From: a virus
Taxonomy: Duplodnaviria > Caudoviricetes
Length of the DNA stretch: 57,345 nt
IMG/VR virus record: IMGVR_UViG_3300009418_002352
Span: 1 to 57,345 of that record
Reading direction: 5' to 3' (one strand)
Shown: piece after piece, positions 30,252 through 39,798 of the stretch
Position numbering within the stretch: the stretch's first letter is position 1
Layout: each line of letters starts with the position of its first letter
Notes under the pieces: generated by a model
What the model was told of the DNA's origin: nothing
The model's database searches: none
Seen by the model: only the letters and a program-made list of their open reading frames with translations
Made by a program: the position numbers and the translations under genes

Positions 30252-31177
30252 TGACAACCGAGAAAAAGATTTTCAAACCTAGTAGAGTAATAACACCACT
30301 ATCAGACGAATTAAAATCTAAGCACAAAATTCAATCAACTGGAGAAAGACCAAAATTTGCTAGGCTACTTTTATCAGCACTTGGTGGACAAGGTAAAACA
30401 ACTATTATTGGTACAGCATCACGTAGAGTATTTATAAATGATGAGTGGACATTACCTTATAACAATGTCCTGCTTATCGAATATGACCCGGATGGAGACG
30501 ATACCATTGTGGCTATGGGAGCAGAAGTAGATAGAATACAGTCTCCTAGCGAGAAAGAATTAATAGATGTTCTAAGATTTGCTGCAACTAGCAGAGAAGC
30601 AGAACAATATGATGTAGTTGCTTTAGATGCATATAATAGGTTACAAGATATAGAAATTGATACTGTTCTTCCAGTAGGAGCATCACTAAGTGCTCAAAGA
30701 AAAAGACCAAGAATAGATACAGAAACTATGGAGATACAAGACTATCAGAGGTTAAATAAAAGATGTAGAATAATTAATGACCATATTCATGCTATAAAGA
30801 AACATATAATAGTAACTTGTATTATGGGATTTAAAGACCATCCATTAGATATGGATAAAAAGAAGGAGGATAGAAAACAAATAACATCATTAGCATTAGA
30901 TGGTAAAACTGCTCACTTGTTATCTACACAATTCTCATTGCATGGGATAATGACAAAAGAAGGTGGAGGTGTTAACCAAACCGTTAAAACAGTCTTTAGT
31001 CAGTATAACTCAGAAGCTAAGACTAGATTTAGAATGGAGCATGATTGTACAAATATAACATTCCCAGAGATCTTAGAAATGATTGGTATTAATGACCCTA
31101 ACTTTAACAAGATACAATGGGTACAGGATTATAAGGGATTCTTGCCACATATAGTAGGTAGAAATGGAACCAGTTAA
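30251..31177 (+). CDS. Sak4-like P-loop ATPase (AAA_24)
   Basis: GGQGKTT, YDVVALD, AKTR; coupled to the exonuclease. Confidence 0.7.
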   Translation: MTTEKKIFKPSRVITPLSDELKSKHKIQSTGERPKFARLLLSALGGQGKTTIIGTASRRVFINDEWTLPYNNVLLIEYDPDGDDTIVAMGAEVDRIQSPSEKELIDVLRFAATSREAEQYDVVALDAYNRLQDIEIDTVLPVGASLSAQRKRPRIDTETMEIQDYQRLNKRCRIINDHIHAIKKHIIVTCIMGFKDHPLDMDKKKEDRKQITSLALDGKTAHLLSTQFSLHGIMTKEGGGVNQTVKTVFSQYNSEAKTRFRMEHDCTNITFPEILEMIGINDPNFNKIQWVQDYKGFLPHIVGRNGTS

Positions 31178-31767
31178 AGCATATCACTGGATAACATCAT
31201 ACTTAGAAGATAATAGTCCTTTAATTTGTGATTGGAAATGTACTATATGTAGAGAAATAGTATTGTGTAACAGTATATCAGATTATTGGAAAATTGAAGA
31301 ACATAGAAAAAGATGTTTGGATAAACCTATGACAGATTCTAAAGCAAGAAGTATATTAGAAAGAAAATGTGCAGCTTTGAATTGCTGGCATAGAACTTTA
31401 AGAGGTTATATTTATTGTTCTCATTGCCTATATAGAGGATGTTCAACAATAAAAGAGGAGGATAGACCACAAATCATAGAAGCTATGAAAATATTAAATG
31501 TTTAATTGGTTTTTAAGATTTCATCCAAGGAGATTTATTAATATGAGTGAAGTTCCAAGTGTATTTCATCAAGGCAAATCTAGTGATTTAACACAAGACA
31601 ATGCCAGAATAAAATGGTGCATGGAAGAAGCTAGATGTAAGAATTGCAAAAGTTTAGTTACTATGCAAATACTAGCTGGCGACAAACCTTGCATGTCTAA
31701 ATGTATGGTTTGTGATGAAGTATATCTCTATACTGAAAATGACTTGAAGGAGTTACATTTGATATAA
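31164..31767 (+). CDS. Two Cys-rich zinc-finger ORFs (31164-31505, 31498-31767)
   Basis: Multiple CxxC motifs. Confidence 0.6.
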
Positions 31768-32477
31768 TGAATCCTTTAATGGATATCTCGGGCAGTGAGC
31801 CTTCACTATTAAAGACTAAGTTAAGTGATATATCTATAGTTAAGAACGATATGATATATCCAGACTACAAGATTTATTCAAAGCAAGGTTATACAGTTGG
31901 AATTGCTAGAGGTAGGATTAATGACATAGTATCTAATAAGCTAGATGTAGCATCACATATAGCAGAAGAATTAAAAGATTGCAACACTGACATTAAAATA
32001 TTCCTATCTGAAGATTGGATGGGAATGGACCACAGAGGAAAGATTTCTTTGCCAGGAGGTATAAGACGTAACTGGCCTTATACTCTAGTTGTGAATACTA
32101 TAATGATAGCATGTATAGCTAATGGAGCTATTTGGGTTCCGTCTGCTTCTTTAAATGCTACAGCAGAGCTACTAAGGTTATGGAACAATGAAGTGTTTCA
32201 GAGAGAAGAACATCAGTCACTAAAGATTAGACCAAGACCAGTTGATACTTCATTTGAGTTCACATTAGACGAAGAAGAAATGAGATTGAATGATAAGATT
32301 CATTGGCTTGCTCAAATGCCAGGATTACAGTTTGGGCAAAAGAGAGCAACATCATTAATGGAAGCATCTGGAGGTATACTATTATCTGCGTTTATTAAGA
32401 CTAGGGAAGAATTAGCAGATGTGCCAAGTATAGGAAAGGACATAGCAAACAAATTTAGATTATTCTTAGATAGATAA
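31767..32477 (+). CDS. ERCC4/XPF-like nuclease-fold protein with HhH tail
   Basis: PDY motif and HhH signatures LAQMPGLQFGQKRA and LADVPSIGKDIA; ERK motif degenerate. Confidence 0.6.
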   Translation: MNPLMDISGSEPSLLKTKLSDISIVKNDMIYPDYKIYSKQGYTVGIARGRINDIVSNKLDVASHIAEELKDCNTDIKIFLSEDWMGMDHRGKISLPGGIRRNWPYTLVVNTIMIACIANGAIWVPSASLNATAELLRLWNNEVFQREEHQSLKIRPRPVDTSFEFTLDEEEMRLNDKIHWLAQMPGLQFGQKRATSLMEASGGILLSAFIKTREELADVPSIGKDIANKFRLFLDR

Positions 32478-32720
32478 ATGAAAACAAAAGAAATAGGTAA
32501 TATAGAAACTTCAAATCTTATTTGGGAATATAAATGTGTATGTGACTTCTTATTTTTTATTACAGGAAATAAACCTTTAGACTGCATGAAAGCATATTTA
32601 GTATGTCCTTAATGTGAAAGTATGTGGGGATGGCAACCTACAGGTATAGTAGTATTTTATGACTCAAAAGACCATTTAGTTAAAGATTATAAAGAAATAA
32701 TGGAGAATTATGACAACTGA
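32478..32720 (+). pseudogene. Zinc-ribbon ORF interrupted by in-frame TAA (32610-32612)
   Basis: MKTKEIG...CVC...VCP*CESMWGW...ENYDN exactly fills the gap before nrdJ. Confidence 0.55.
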
Positions 32721-35067
32721 ACTAACTAAGATAGATTTTTCAGATAATGCTAGGAAAGTTCTAGAACTTAGATTTCTTTCTGAAGGTGAGACTGCTGAAG
32801 AAAGAATGTGGGATATGTGCGAATATGTGGCTAGTGCAGAAGTATCTTATAATTTTAATAAGACAGGAAGCTTTTTAAATCAAACTGAGCAAAGAGCAGA
32901 GAATATAAGAACTTGGACTGAAAGATTTTATAACGAACTAATAGTTCCAAAGAAGTTCTTTCCTAACTCTCCTACTATAAAGAATGCTGGTTCTAAAGCT
33001 AAGAAAGGTGGCCTACAAGGTTGTAATGTAATCTCACCAGAAGATACTATGGAGTCTATTTATCAGACAGTTAAAGATTGGGCATTAACAGAAAAGTATG
33101 GAGCAGGTATTGGTGCATACTTTGGAGACATACGTGCTAAAGGTTCTCCAATAGGAACTACACATGGCAAAGCTCTTGGTCCTATAGCAGTAATGAAGAT
33201 TCTATCTGAATCATCTAAGTGGATAACCCAAGGTGCATTTAGAGAAGGAGCCCATATGGCTATCCTTCCTATTGACCATCCAGATATTTTAGAGTTTATT
33301 CATTGCAAAGATGAGTGTAAACTTCCATCTGATATGTTAGCTAACTTTAATATTTCTATACAGATGCCTGATTGGTTTATGGAAAGTCTTACTCAAGGAG
33401 CTTCTATAGTAGACAATGAAGGAAGTAAGTATTTAGTAGATGTTTCGGCAATATGGGAAGAGATATGTGAGTCAGCTTGGAAAACTGGAGACCCAGGGTT
33501 ATTCTTTATAGATAGAATTAGAGAGACAGAACCTAATCCTCAACTTGGATTGATACAATCTCCTAATCCATGTGGGGAGCAACCTCTAGAGAATTATAAT
33601 TCATGTAATTTAGGTTCTATAAACTTAGGAAAGTTTGTATTACCTATACATGAAGAGAAGATAAACAATAATGGAATAGCTTGGAATGAACTTAGAGAAA
33701 CAATTCATCTAGCAGTTAGATTCTTAGATGATGTAATTGATGTAAATACCTTTCCAGAAGATGTACCGCAACTCCAGGAAATGAATCAAAAGACTAGACG
33801 TATTGGTCTTGGAGTTATGGGATGGCATGATATGTTAGTTAAATTGGAAATACCTTATGAATCAGCAGCAGCTATTGACTTAGCCATACAGGTGTCTGAA
33901 TTTCTAACTAAAGAAGCATGGGTAGCTTCACATGATTTAGCAGAAGAAAAAGGAGAGTTTCCAGAGTGGGCCAACTCAAGAATTGGTAGAGGCACATCAC
34001 TTTCAAAACTAGAAATTGAACAAGGAAAACACTTCAGTCTGAAAACTAGAAATTCTTGTGTAACTACAGTTGCTCCTACTGGAACACTTAATATACTAGC
34101 GGGGTGCTCTAGTGGTATTGAACCATATCATAGTCTATATACAGAACGTAAAGCTTTATGGAGCCAAGGTGAAGCTCAATCTACTATCATTGAAGTTCCA
34201 CAAGCAGTTATAGAATATATGCAAAATCAAATGCCTAGAATAGAATTAAAAGATCTTCAAGATCAAGATTTATTCAAGACCGCCTTAGAGATTTCTCCTA
34301 AATGGCATATTGAACATCAAGCAGCTTGGCAAACACATATTAGTAATGGCATTAGCAAGACTATTAACCTGCCTAATGATGCAACAGTAGAAGATATATC
34401 TAAAGCATATATACTAGCTTGGAAATCTAAATGTAAAGGTGCTACTATATATCGTGATGGTAGCAAAGACGTACAAGTATTAAATCTATCAGAACAAGCT
34501 GCTCGAAAAATGGGACATGACGAGGGTGCTACTTTAGATTCAAGGATTAATAATCTCTTTACTAATAATGAAACAGTTATACACCCAATAGAAAGACCTC
34601 AATCTGTAGAGGGAGTTACAGATAAAATACTTACTGGTCATGGTAAAGTATATGTTACCGTTAATAAATTAAATGGAACTCCTATAGAGGTATTTTGCAA
34701 TGGAGGAACAGCAGGAGGATGTGATAGTGCCAATACAGAAGCAATAACAAAACTTATATCTCTTTGCTTACGTTCTAAGGTAGACCCTATGGAAGTAGTA
34801 GAACAACTTAGAAATATAACTTGTTGTCCTATATGGGATAATGGCTTTCATATAATGTCATTACCAGACGCTATATCAAAAGTACTACATGATCATATAG
34901 AAAATAAACTAATAAAAACTATCAGGTACACTGGGAATGGTGAGAAAGCACAATTTATACCGGGATTCAAGTTAGATGCAACTCCTTGTTATAATTGCGG
35001 GGGAAAGCTTATTCATTCTCAGGGATGTGTAGAATGTCAATCTTGTGGTTGGAATAAGTGCGATTAA
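32710..35067 (+). CDS. nrdJ: Class II (adenosylcobalamin) ribonucleotide reductase
   Basis: FPNSPT, NPCGEQ, SCNLGSINL, RRIGLG, APTGT, SKTINLP, YRDGS, C-terminal TSCPD-like and zinc-ribbon domains; no small subunit nearby. Confidence 0.92.
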   Translation: MTTELTKIDFSDNARKVLELRFLSEGETAEERMWDMCEYVASAEVSYNFNKTGSFLNQTEQRAENIRTWTERFYNELIVPKKFFPNSPTIKNAGSKAKKGGLQGCNVISPEDTMESIYQTVKDWALTEKYGAGIGAYFGDIRAKGSPIGTTHGKALGPIAVMKILSESSKWITQGAFREGAHMAILPIDHPDILEFIHCKDECKLPSDMLANFNISIQMPDWFMESLTQGASIVDNEGSKYLVDVSAIWEEICESAWKTGDPGLFFIDRIRETEPNPQLGLIQSPNPCGEQPLENYNSCNLGSINLGKFVLPIHEEKINNNGIAWNELRETIHLAVRFLDDVIDVNTFPEDVPQLQEMNQKTRRIGLGVMGWHDMLVKLEIPYESAAAIDLAIQVSEFLTKEAWVASHDLAEEKGEFPEWANSRIGRGTSLSKLEIEQGKHFSLKTRNSCVTTVAPTGTLNILAGCSSGIEPYHSLYTERKALWSQGEAQSTIIEVPQAVIEYMQNQMPRIELKDLQDQDLFKTALEISPKWHIEHQAAWQTHISNGISKTINLPNDATVEDISKAYILAWKSKCKGATIYRDGSKDVQVLNLSEQAARKMGHDEGATLDSRINNLFTNNETVIHPIERPQSVEGVTDKILTGHGKVYVTVNKLNGTPIEVFCNGGTAGGCDSANTEAITKLISLCLRSKVDPMEVVEQLRNITCCPIWDNGFHIMSLPDAISKVLHDHIENKLIKTIRYTGNGEKAQFIPGFKLDATPCYNCGGKLIHSQGCVECQSCGWNKCD

Positions 35068-35068
35068 T

Positions 35069-35446
35069 ATGAAAGTTATAGACCCAGGACATATGTATAA
35101 GGTAGATATGTTAGATGGTTACTTAAATGACCCATCAAACTTTCTAGTATTTGTAAAACGTAATAACCCACCAGAAAAGTATCCAGGAAATCTTAATTCT
35201 TATCCAGGAACCACCATACAGGAAGTTTTAAGAGCTTTAATAAACAGAATTAAATACCTACAAAATCAGAAAGGATGTGAAGAAGATGTAATATTATTAA
35301 ACATATTCAGAGAGGGTATTCTTCTATTAGAACAAAGGAATGCTCGAGAAAAAGGAAGAGGTTTATTGGTTCCAACTGATATCGTTATAGAAGATATTCC
35401 CACTTGTCCAGAATGCCTACATATAGGTTGTCAAGAGCATGACTAA
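35069..35446 (+). CDS. Acb2/Tad1-like helical-hairpin protein
   Basis: GHMY...FVKR...PGTTIQEVLRALINRIKYLQ...C.E...LLEQR pattern. Confidence 0.5.
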   Translation: MKVIDPGHMYKVDMLDGYLNDPSNFLVFVKRNNPPEKYPGNLNSYPGTTIQEVLRALINRIKYLQNQKGCEEDVILLNIFREGILLLEQRNAREKGRGLLVPTDIVIEDIPTCPECLHIGCQEHD

Positions 35447-36968
35447 TGACTACAAACGTAAGATTAAGACAATAGAAGAATTAAAGGAAATAATAGGTGG
35501 ACGACCTAGAGTTAGAAAAGTAATAATGTGTCATGGTACTTTTGACTTAGTACATCCTGGACATATACGTCATTTAATGTATGCTAAGAATAAAGCAGAT
35601 ATATTAATAGTAAGTTTAACTGGTGATGCATTTATTACTAAAGCAGACTATAGACCTTTTGTTCCATCAGAACTTAGAGCAATGAACTTAGCAGCACTTG
35701 AAGTGGTAGACTATGTAATTACAGATGAGTCTCCTACACCTGAAGAAAACATTATTACTCTACAACCAGATTATTTTGCTAAAGGATATGAGTACTCAGA
35801 TGATAATAATGTATTAAATCAAATAGAAAGAGCAGCTATTGAATCATATAATGGTGAGATGATTTATACTCCTGGTGATGTAGTATACTCTTCATCTAAT
35901 ATTATTAATAAAAATCCACCGAACTTGTCAGTTGAAAAGCTACATGTACTAATGGAGTCTAATAGTATAAGTTTTGATGACTTAAAGTATTGTATTAAAG
36001 ATTTTACAGACTTAAGAGTACATGTACTTGGTGATACCATAGTAGATACTTATATTTACTGCAATCTTATATCTAGTGGTATGAGTAAGAATCCTAATAT
36101 AAGTGTTGCACATGAACATGAAGAGAACTTTATTGGTGGTGCAGCAATAGTAGCTAAACATCTCAAAGCTGCTGGTGCAGATGTTAAGTTCTCTACAGTT
36201 ACAGGTGATGATGATTTAGGTTCTTGGGTGACAGGAGAGATATGTGGTAATGGAATAGGTTTTCAATGCTCTATAGATAGAGATAGAGTGACCACACAAA
36301 AACAAGTATATATAACTAATGGGTATAGATTACTTAAAGTAGACAAAGTTGATAATCGTCCTATATCTCAAAGAATCATAGACAGGTTTAGTGAATCTTT
36401 AAGTTGGACAAAACCAGACGCTTATATATTTAGTGACTTTAGACATGGCATATTCAATAGAGATACTATCCCTAAATTAATAGATTGTCTACCAGAGCAT
36501 GGTTTAAGAGTAGCTGACAGTCAAGTAGCTAGTAGATGGGGTAACATTCTAGAATTCAAAGGGTTTGATTTAATTACACCTAATGAAAGAGAAGCACGGT
36601 TTGCATTGGCGGATCAAGATTCAGTAATAAGACCTTTAGCATTAGAATTATTTAAGCAAGCTCAATGTAAAACATTAATACTAAAGCTTGGTAGTAAAGG
36701 AACTTTGACTTATAGATACCCTAATGATGCATCTGGTTCATTCTTTAGTCTAGATACATTTGCTGACAATGTAGTGGATTCTATAGGAGCAGGTGATGCG
36801 TTACTAGCTTATAGTACATTAGCTCTGACATTAAGTCCTAGTGCTCAAGTTATAGCATCTATATTAGGTTCTATGGCTGCTGCTATAGCTTGTGAGACAG
36901 AAGGAAATAATCCAGTTAAGCCAGAAGATGTTATTAAAAAGTTAGAAAGGATTGAACAAAGTTTATGA
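35439..36968 (+). CDS. Bifunctional nucleotidyltransferase / PfkB sugar kinase (HldE-like, reversed domain order)
   Basis: N-terminal GTFDLVHPGH; C-terminal GGAA, SDF, TPNEREAR, DSIGAGD. Confidence 0.9.
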   Translation: MTNDYKRKIKTIEELKEIIGGRPRVRKVIMCHGTFDLVHPGHIRHLMYAKNKADILIVSLTGDAFITKADYRPFVPSELRAMNLAALEVVDYVITDESPTPEENIITLQPDYFAKGYEYSDDNNVLNQIERAAIESYNGEMIYTPGDVVYSSSNIINKNPPNLSVEKLHVLMESNSISFDDLKYCIKDFTDLRVHVLGDTIVDTYIYCNLISSGMSKNPNISVAHEHEENFIGGAAIVAKHLKAAGADVKFSTVTGDDDLGSWVTGEICGNGIGFQCSIDRDRVTTQKQVYITNGYRLLKVDKVDNRPISQRIIDRFSESLSWTKPDAYIFSDFRHGIFNRDTIPKLIDCLPEHGLRVADSQVASRWGNILEFKGFDLITPNEREARFALADQDSVIRPLALELFKQAQCKTLILKLGSKGTLTYRYPNDASGSFFSLDTFADNVVDSIGAGDALLAYSTLALTLSPSAQVIASILGSMAAAIACETEGNNPVKPEDVIKKLERIEQSL

Positions 36969-37092
36969 GAATGCCATTTCTTTTTATAATAATGTTAACT
37001 TTCTTTCCATTAATAATATTATACGAAATACATAAAGACTTAAGTAATATTAAGAAAGGTAAAAGTAAATCATTTATTGTAGGAGGTAATTA

Positions 37093-37983
37093 ATGAGAAC
37101 AATTATAGTTGGACTAGGTAATCAAGGTAAAAAGCATAGAGATATAATAGATAATGATTTAGTAGGAATAGTAGACCCAATATACCCACTAGCTTTAGAT
37201 AGTATAAAAGATGCTTCATTAGACCACTATGATGCTGCTATAGTCTGTACCCCTAACCAAGAAAAACAAGAAATTATAAAATATCTTTTATCTAATAAAA
37301 AGCATGTAATGGTTGAAAAACCATTAATAGGTACGGCAGTAGAGTTAGAGATATTACGTCAATTACAGATTAAAAACGAAGTAGCTTTACAAACAGCTTA
37401 TTGTTATAGATTTGAGCCTCTTGTAATAAAATTAAAAGAGTTAATAGATAATGGTATTCTAGGAGAGATATACCTTGTAAGGATATTCCTTGGTAATGGA
37501 ACAGCTATAAACGTAAAAAACTCTCCATGGAGAGATCGAAGCAGAGGTGTATTAGAAGAAATTAGCTCTCATCAATTTGACCTTGTAAACTATCTATTTG
37601 ATAGAAAGGATATAACTTTTCCTTATATAGTTGCAGGTATGTTAGAAAACAAGGCATTTGACCATGTTATATTACATTCAGAAGGACTTCCACATATTTC
37701 TATAGAGTCAACATATTGCTATTGGAAGAATACTTTCACTATAGATGTTACAGGAGAACTAGGAAGTGCTCATGTTAATGGATTACTAAAATGGGGATGG
37801 AGTCATTTAACTACTAGAAAGAGGATATTCCCAAGTGGAGTACCAGAGGAACAGTATTACTTTTTAGATTCTCCAGACCCAACTTTAACACTACAGTATG
37901 AACACTTTAAAGAACTATGTAAGACTGGTGGAACTAATATAGAGACTGATATTTGGATTAACAATATATTTAACGAGGTTTAA
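37093..37983 (+). CDS. Gfo/Idh/MocA oxidoreductase (LmbZ-like)
   Basis: IVGLGNQG, VCTP, HVMVEKP, WR, H..D. Confidence 0.88.
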   Translation: MRTIIVGLGNQGKKHRDIIDNDLVGIVDPIYPLALDSIKDASLDHYDAAIVCTPNQEKQEIIKYLLSNKKHVMVEKPLIGTAVELEILRQLQIKNEVALQTAYCYRFEPLVIKLKELIDNGILGEIYLVRIFLGNGTAINVKNSPWRDRSRGVLEEISSHQFDLVNYLFDRKDITFPYIVAGMLENKAFDHVILHSEGLPHISIESTYCYWKNTFTIDVTGELGSAHVNGLLKWGWSHLTTRKRIFPSGVPEEQYYFLDSPDPTLTLQYEHFKELCKTGGTNIETDIWINNIFNEV

Positions 37984-37985
37984 GT

Positions 37986-39227
37986 ATGGATATAGGAACT
38001 ATAGGATTTGTCGGACTTAATCACTTAGGTATAGTATCTGCTATCACGACAGCTTTTAAAGGACACTCAGTTTGGGGATACGATTCTAATGAAAGTTTAA
38101 TAAATGACTTACAAAATAAGCGTTTTCCGTTTTATGAACCAGACTTAGAAAATCTATACGAGGAAGTAAAATACAGTATTGATTGGACTATACATCCTGA
38201 GATACTTAAAGAATGTAAGTTAATATTTATTACAATAGATACACCTACAAATGAACAAAATGAAAGTAATTATGACCTTATATTTTCATACTTAGATTTA
38301 ATTACTAATCATATATCACATGAAACTGTTATAGTTATATCAAGTCAAGTATATCCAGGATTTACTCGTAGTTTATTGGGTCAATACCATAATCCTATAT
38401 TCTATCAACCAGAGTTCTTAGTAGTTGGTAATGCTATGGAGTTATCTTGTAATCCAATACAAGTTACAGTAGGATGTGAAGATAAAAATGAACCTTTGCC
38501 AGTTGTATACAAAGAGTATCTAAGTAACTTCGAAACATATGAAACACAAATGATTAGAAAAGTATCTTACGAATCTGCCGAAATGGCAAAGATAGCCACA
38601 AATATATATTTAGCTGCACAAGTATCTACTACAAACGTTTTAGCAGAGGTTTGTGAAAAAGTAAAATCAGATTGGAGAGAAGTAAAATCTATTATAGAAA
38701 ATGATAGTAGAATAGGTTCTTATATTAATCCAGGATTAGGAATATCTGGTGGACATTTAGAAAGAGACATGTATACCATTGAAAAGTTATCTGAACATAT
38801 AGAGTTTGATTTATTATATAGAAAAGATTGGGTTAATAACTTAATCCATTTATATGGACAGAATTTAACAGTTGCCATATGGGGGCTAACTTATAAGCCT
38901 AATACTAATTCAATGAAGAATTCTCAAGCATTACATACTTTAGGTTATCTAAAAACTCTTACTGGAATTAAGATTAAAACTTATGACCCTTATAATATTG
39001 TAACATGGCAACCTTGTCATTCTTGTAACTCACCAGAAGAGGCTTCACACAATGCAGATATACTATGTATCTTAACAGCAGACAAACAATACTCTGAACT
39101 AAGTTTAGAAAATCTTACGGAACATATGAAAGGTGGTATCATAATAGACCCATACGGTATGCTTAATCATGAAGAGTGTATTGAAATGGGATTTAAACAC
39201 TTTCAATTAGGAGTACCAAATGAGTAG
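37986..39227 (+). CDS. NDP-sugar dehydrogenase-like protein lacking the catalytic Cys (LmbL-like)
   Basis: YEPDL, IDTP, PEFL, ESAEMAK, DSRIG, GLTYKP; GGHLERD in place of GGxCLPKD. Confidence 0.85.
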   Translation: MDIGTIGFVGLNHLGIVSAITTAFKGHSVWGYDSNESLINDLQNKRFPFYEPDLENLYEEVKYSIDWTIHPEILKECKLIFITIDTPTNEQNESNYDLIFSYLDLITNHISHETVIVISSQVYPGFTRSLLGQYHNPIFYQPEFLVVGNAMELSCNPIQVTVGCEDKNEPLPVVYKEYLSNFETYETQMIRKVSYESAEMAKIATNIYLAAQVSTTNVLAEVCEKVKSDWREVKSIIENDSRIGSYINPGLGISGGHLERDMYTIEKLSEHIEFDLLYRKDWVNNLIHLYGQNLTVAIWGLTYKPNTNSMKNSQALHTLGYLKTLTGIKIKTYDPYNIVTWQPCHSCNSPEEASHNADILCILTADKQYSELSLENLTEHMKGGIIIDPYGMLNHEECIEMGFKHFQLGVPNE

Positions 39228-39324
39228 GTTTATAGAAGGAGAAATACAAGAGGATCGTTATAAACAAGTATTAAGACGCATTCAGCAATTCATACGAGAT
39301 ATAGAATTACAAGTCAAAGTCTAA

Positions 39325-39430
39325 CGTCACCAAATCGTTTTTACTGGGGTCAAACCTGGCCCGATTAACCATAGGTCAGCCGGGCCTATTTATGTCAGGA
39401 AACAGCGTTAGAAACGTTTTTTTCGTAGGT
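39325..39430. repeat. Dispersed periodic element, copy C, at the convergent junction; contains a GC hairpin (possible bidirectional terminator)
   Basis: GGGGTCAAACCTGG 39346 identical to A; 39401-39420 reverse complement matches B at 19/20; GGCCCG/CGGGCC stem 39358-39386. Confidence 0.75.
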
Positions 39431-39452
39431 CTAGGCGTGGAACACTACCCAG

Positions 39453-39785
39453 TTATGGACGTAATCGAAGGTATTCTTTAACATCAGATAAAGTAGCTGT
39501 ATCATCATCTATCTTACATTGCAAATTTTCAAGGCGCGTTGGTGCTTTAGCTGCAACTTGAACAACATTTATGCTAACTGATACTGTTTTAATATCACCA
39601 TTAGCACCAAAGGTTTCTATTTTATTATCTCGTTCAGCTTGTGATGACCATATAAATCCTGGTGGCACTATAGCACGAACAAGACCCTTTGCTTCACAAT
39701 TAGCATTTATAGAAAGTTTAGCACTCTCGAAATACGCTTCAATTTGCTTTGTAGATGGGTCATAATAAACATAGCTAACTGACAT
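39453..39785 (-). CDS. Putative tail-fibre-associated small protein
   Basis: Last gene of virion arm, directly after fibre gene; GAGGAG SD. Confidence 0.55.
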   Translation of the reverse strand: MSVSYVYYDPSTKQIEAYFESAKLSINANCEAKGLVRAIVPPGFIWSSQAERDNKIETFGANGDIKTVSVSINVVQVAAKAPTRLENLQCKIDDDTATLSDVKEYLRLRP

Positions 39786-39798
39786 TTGCTTACTCCTC

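Noticed and set aside
32710-35067. Intein or intron in the RNR
   Set aside because: Motifs are contiguous and the length is normal
13-39227. Minus-strand ORFs in the left arm (e.g. 1918-2280, 7285-7731, 12527-12871, 14234-14503)
   Set aside because: Ser/Leu/Phe-rich antisense shadows of well-supported + genes
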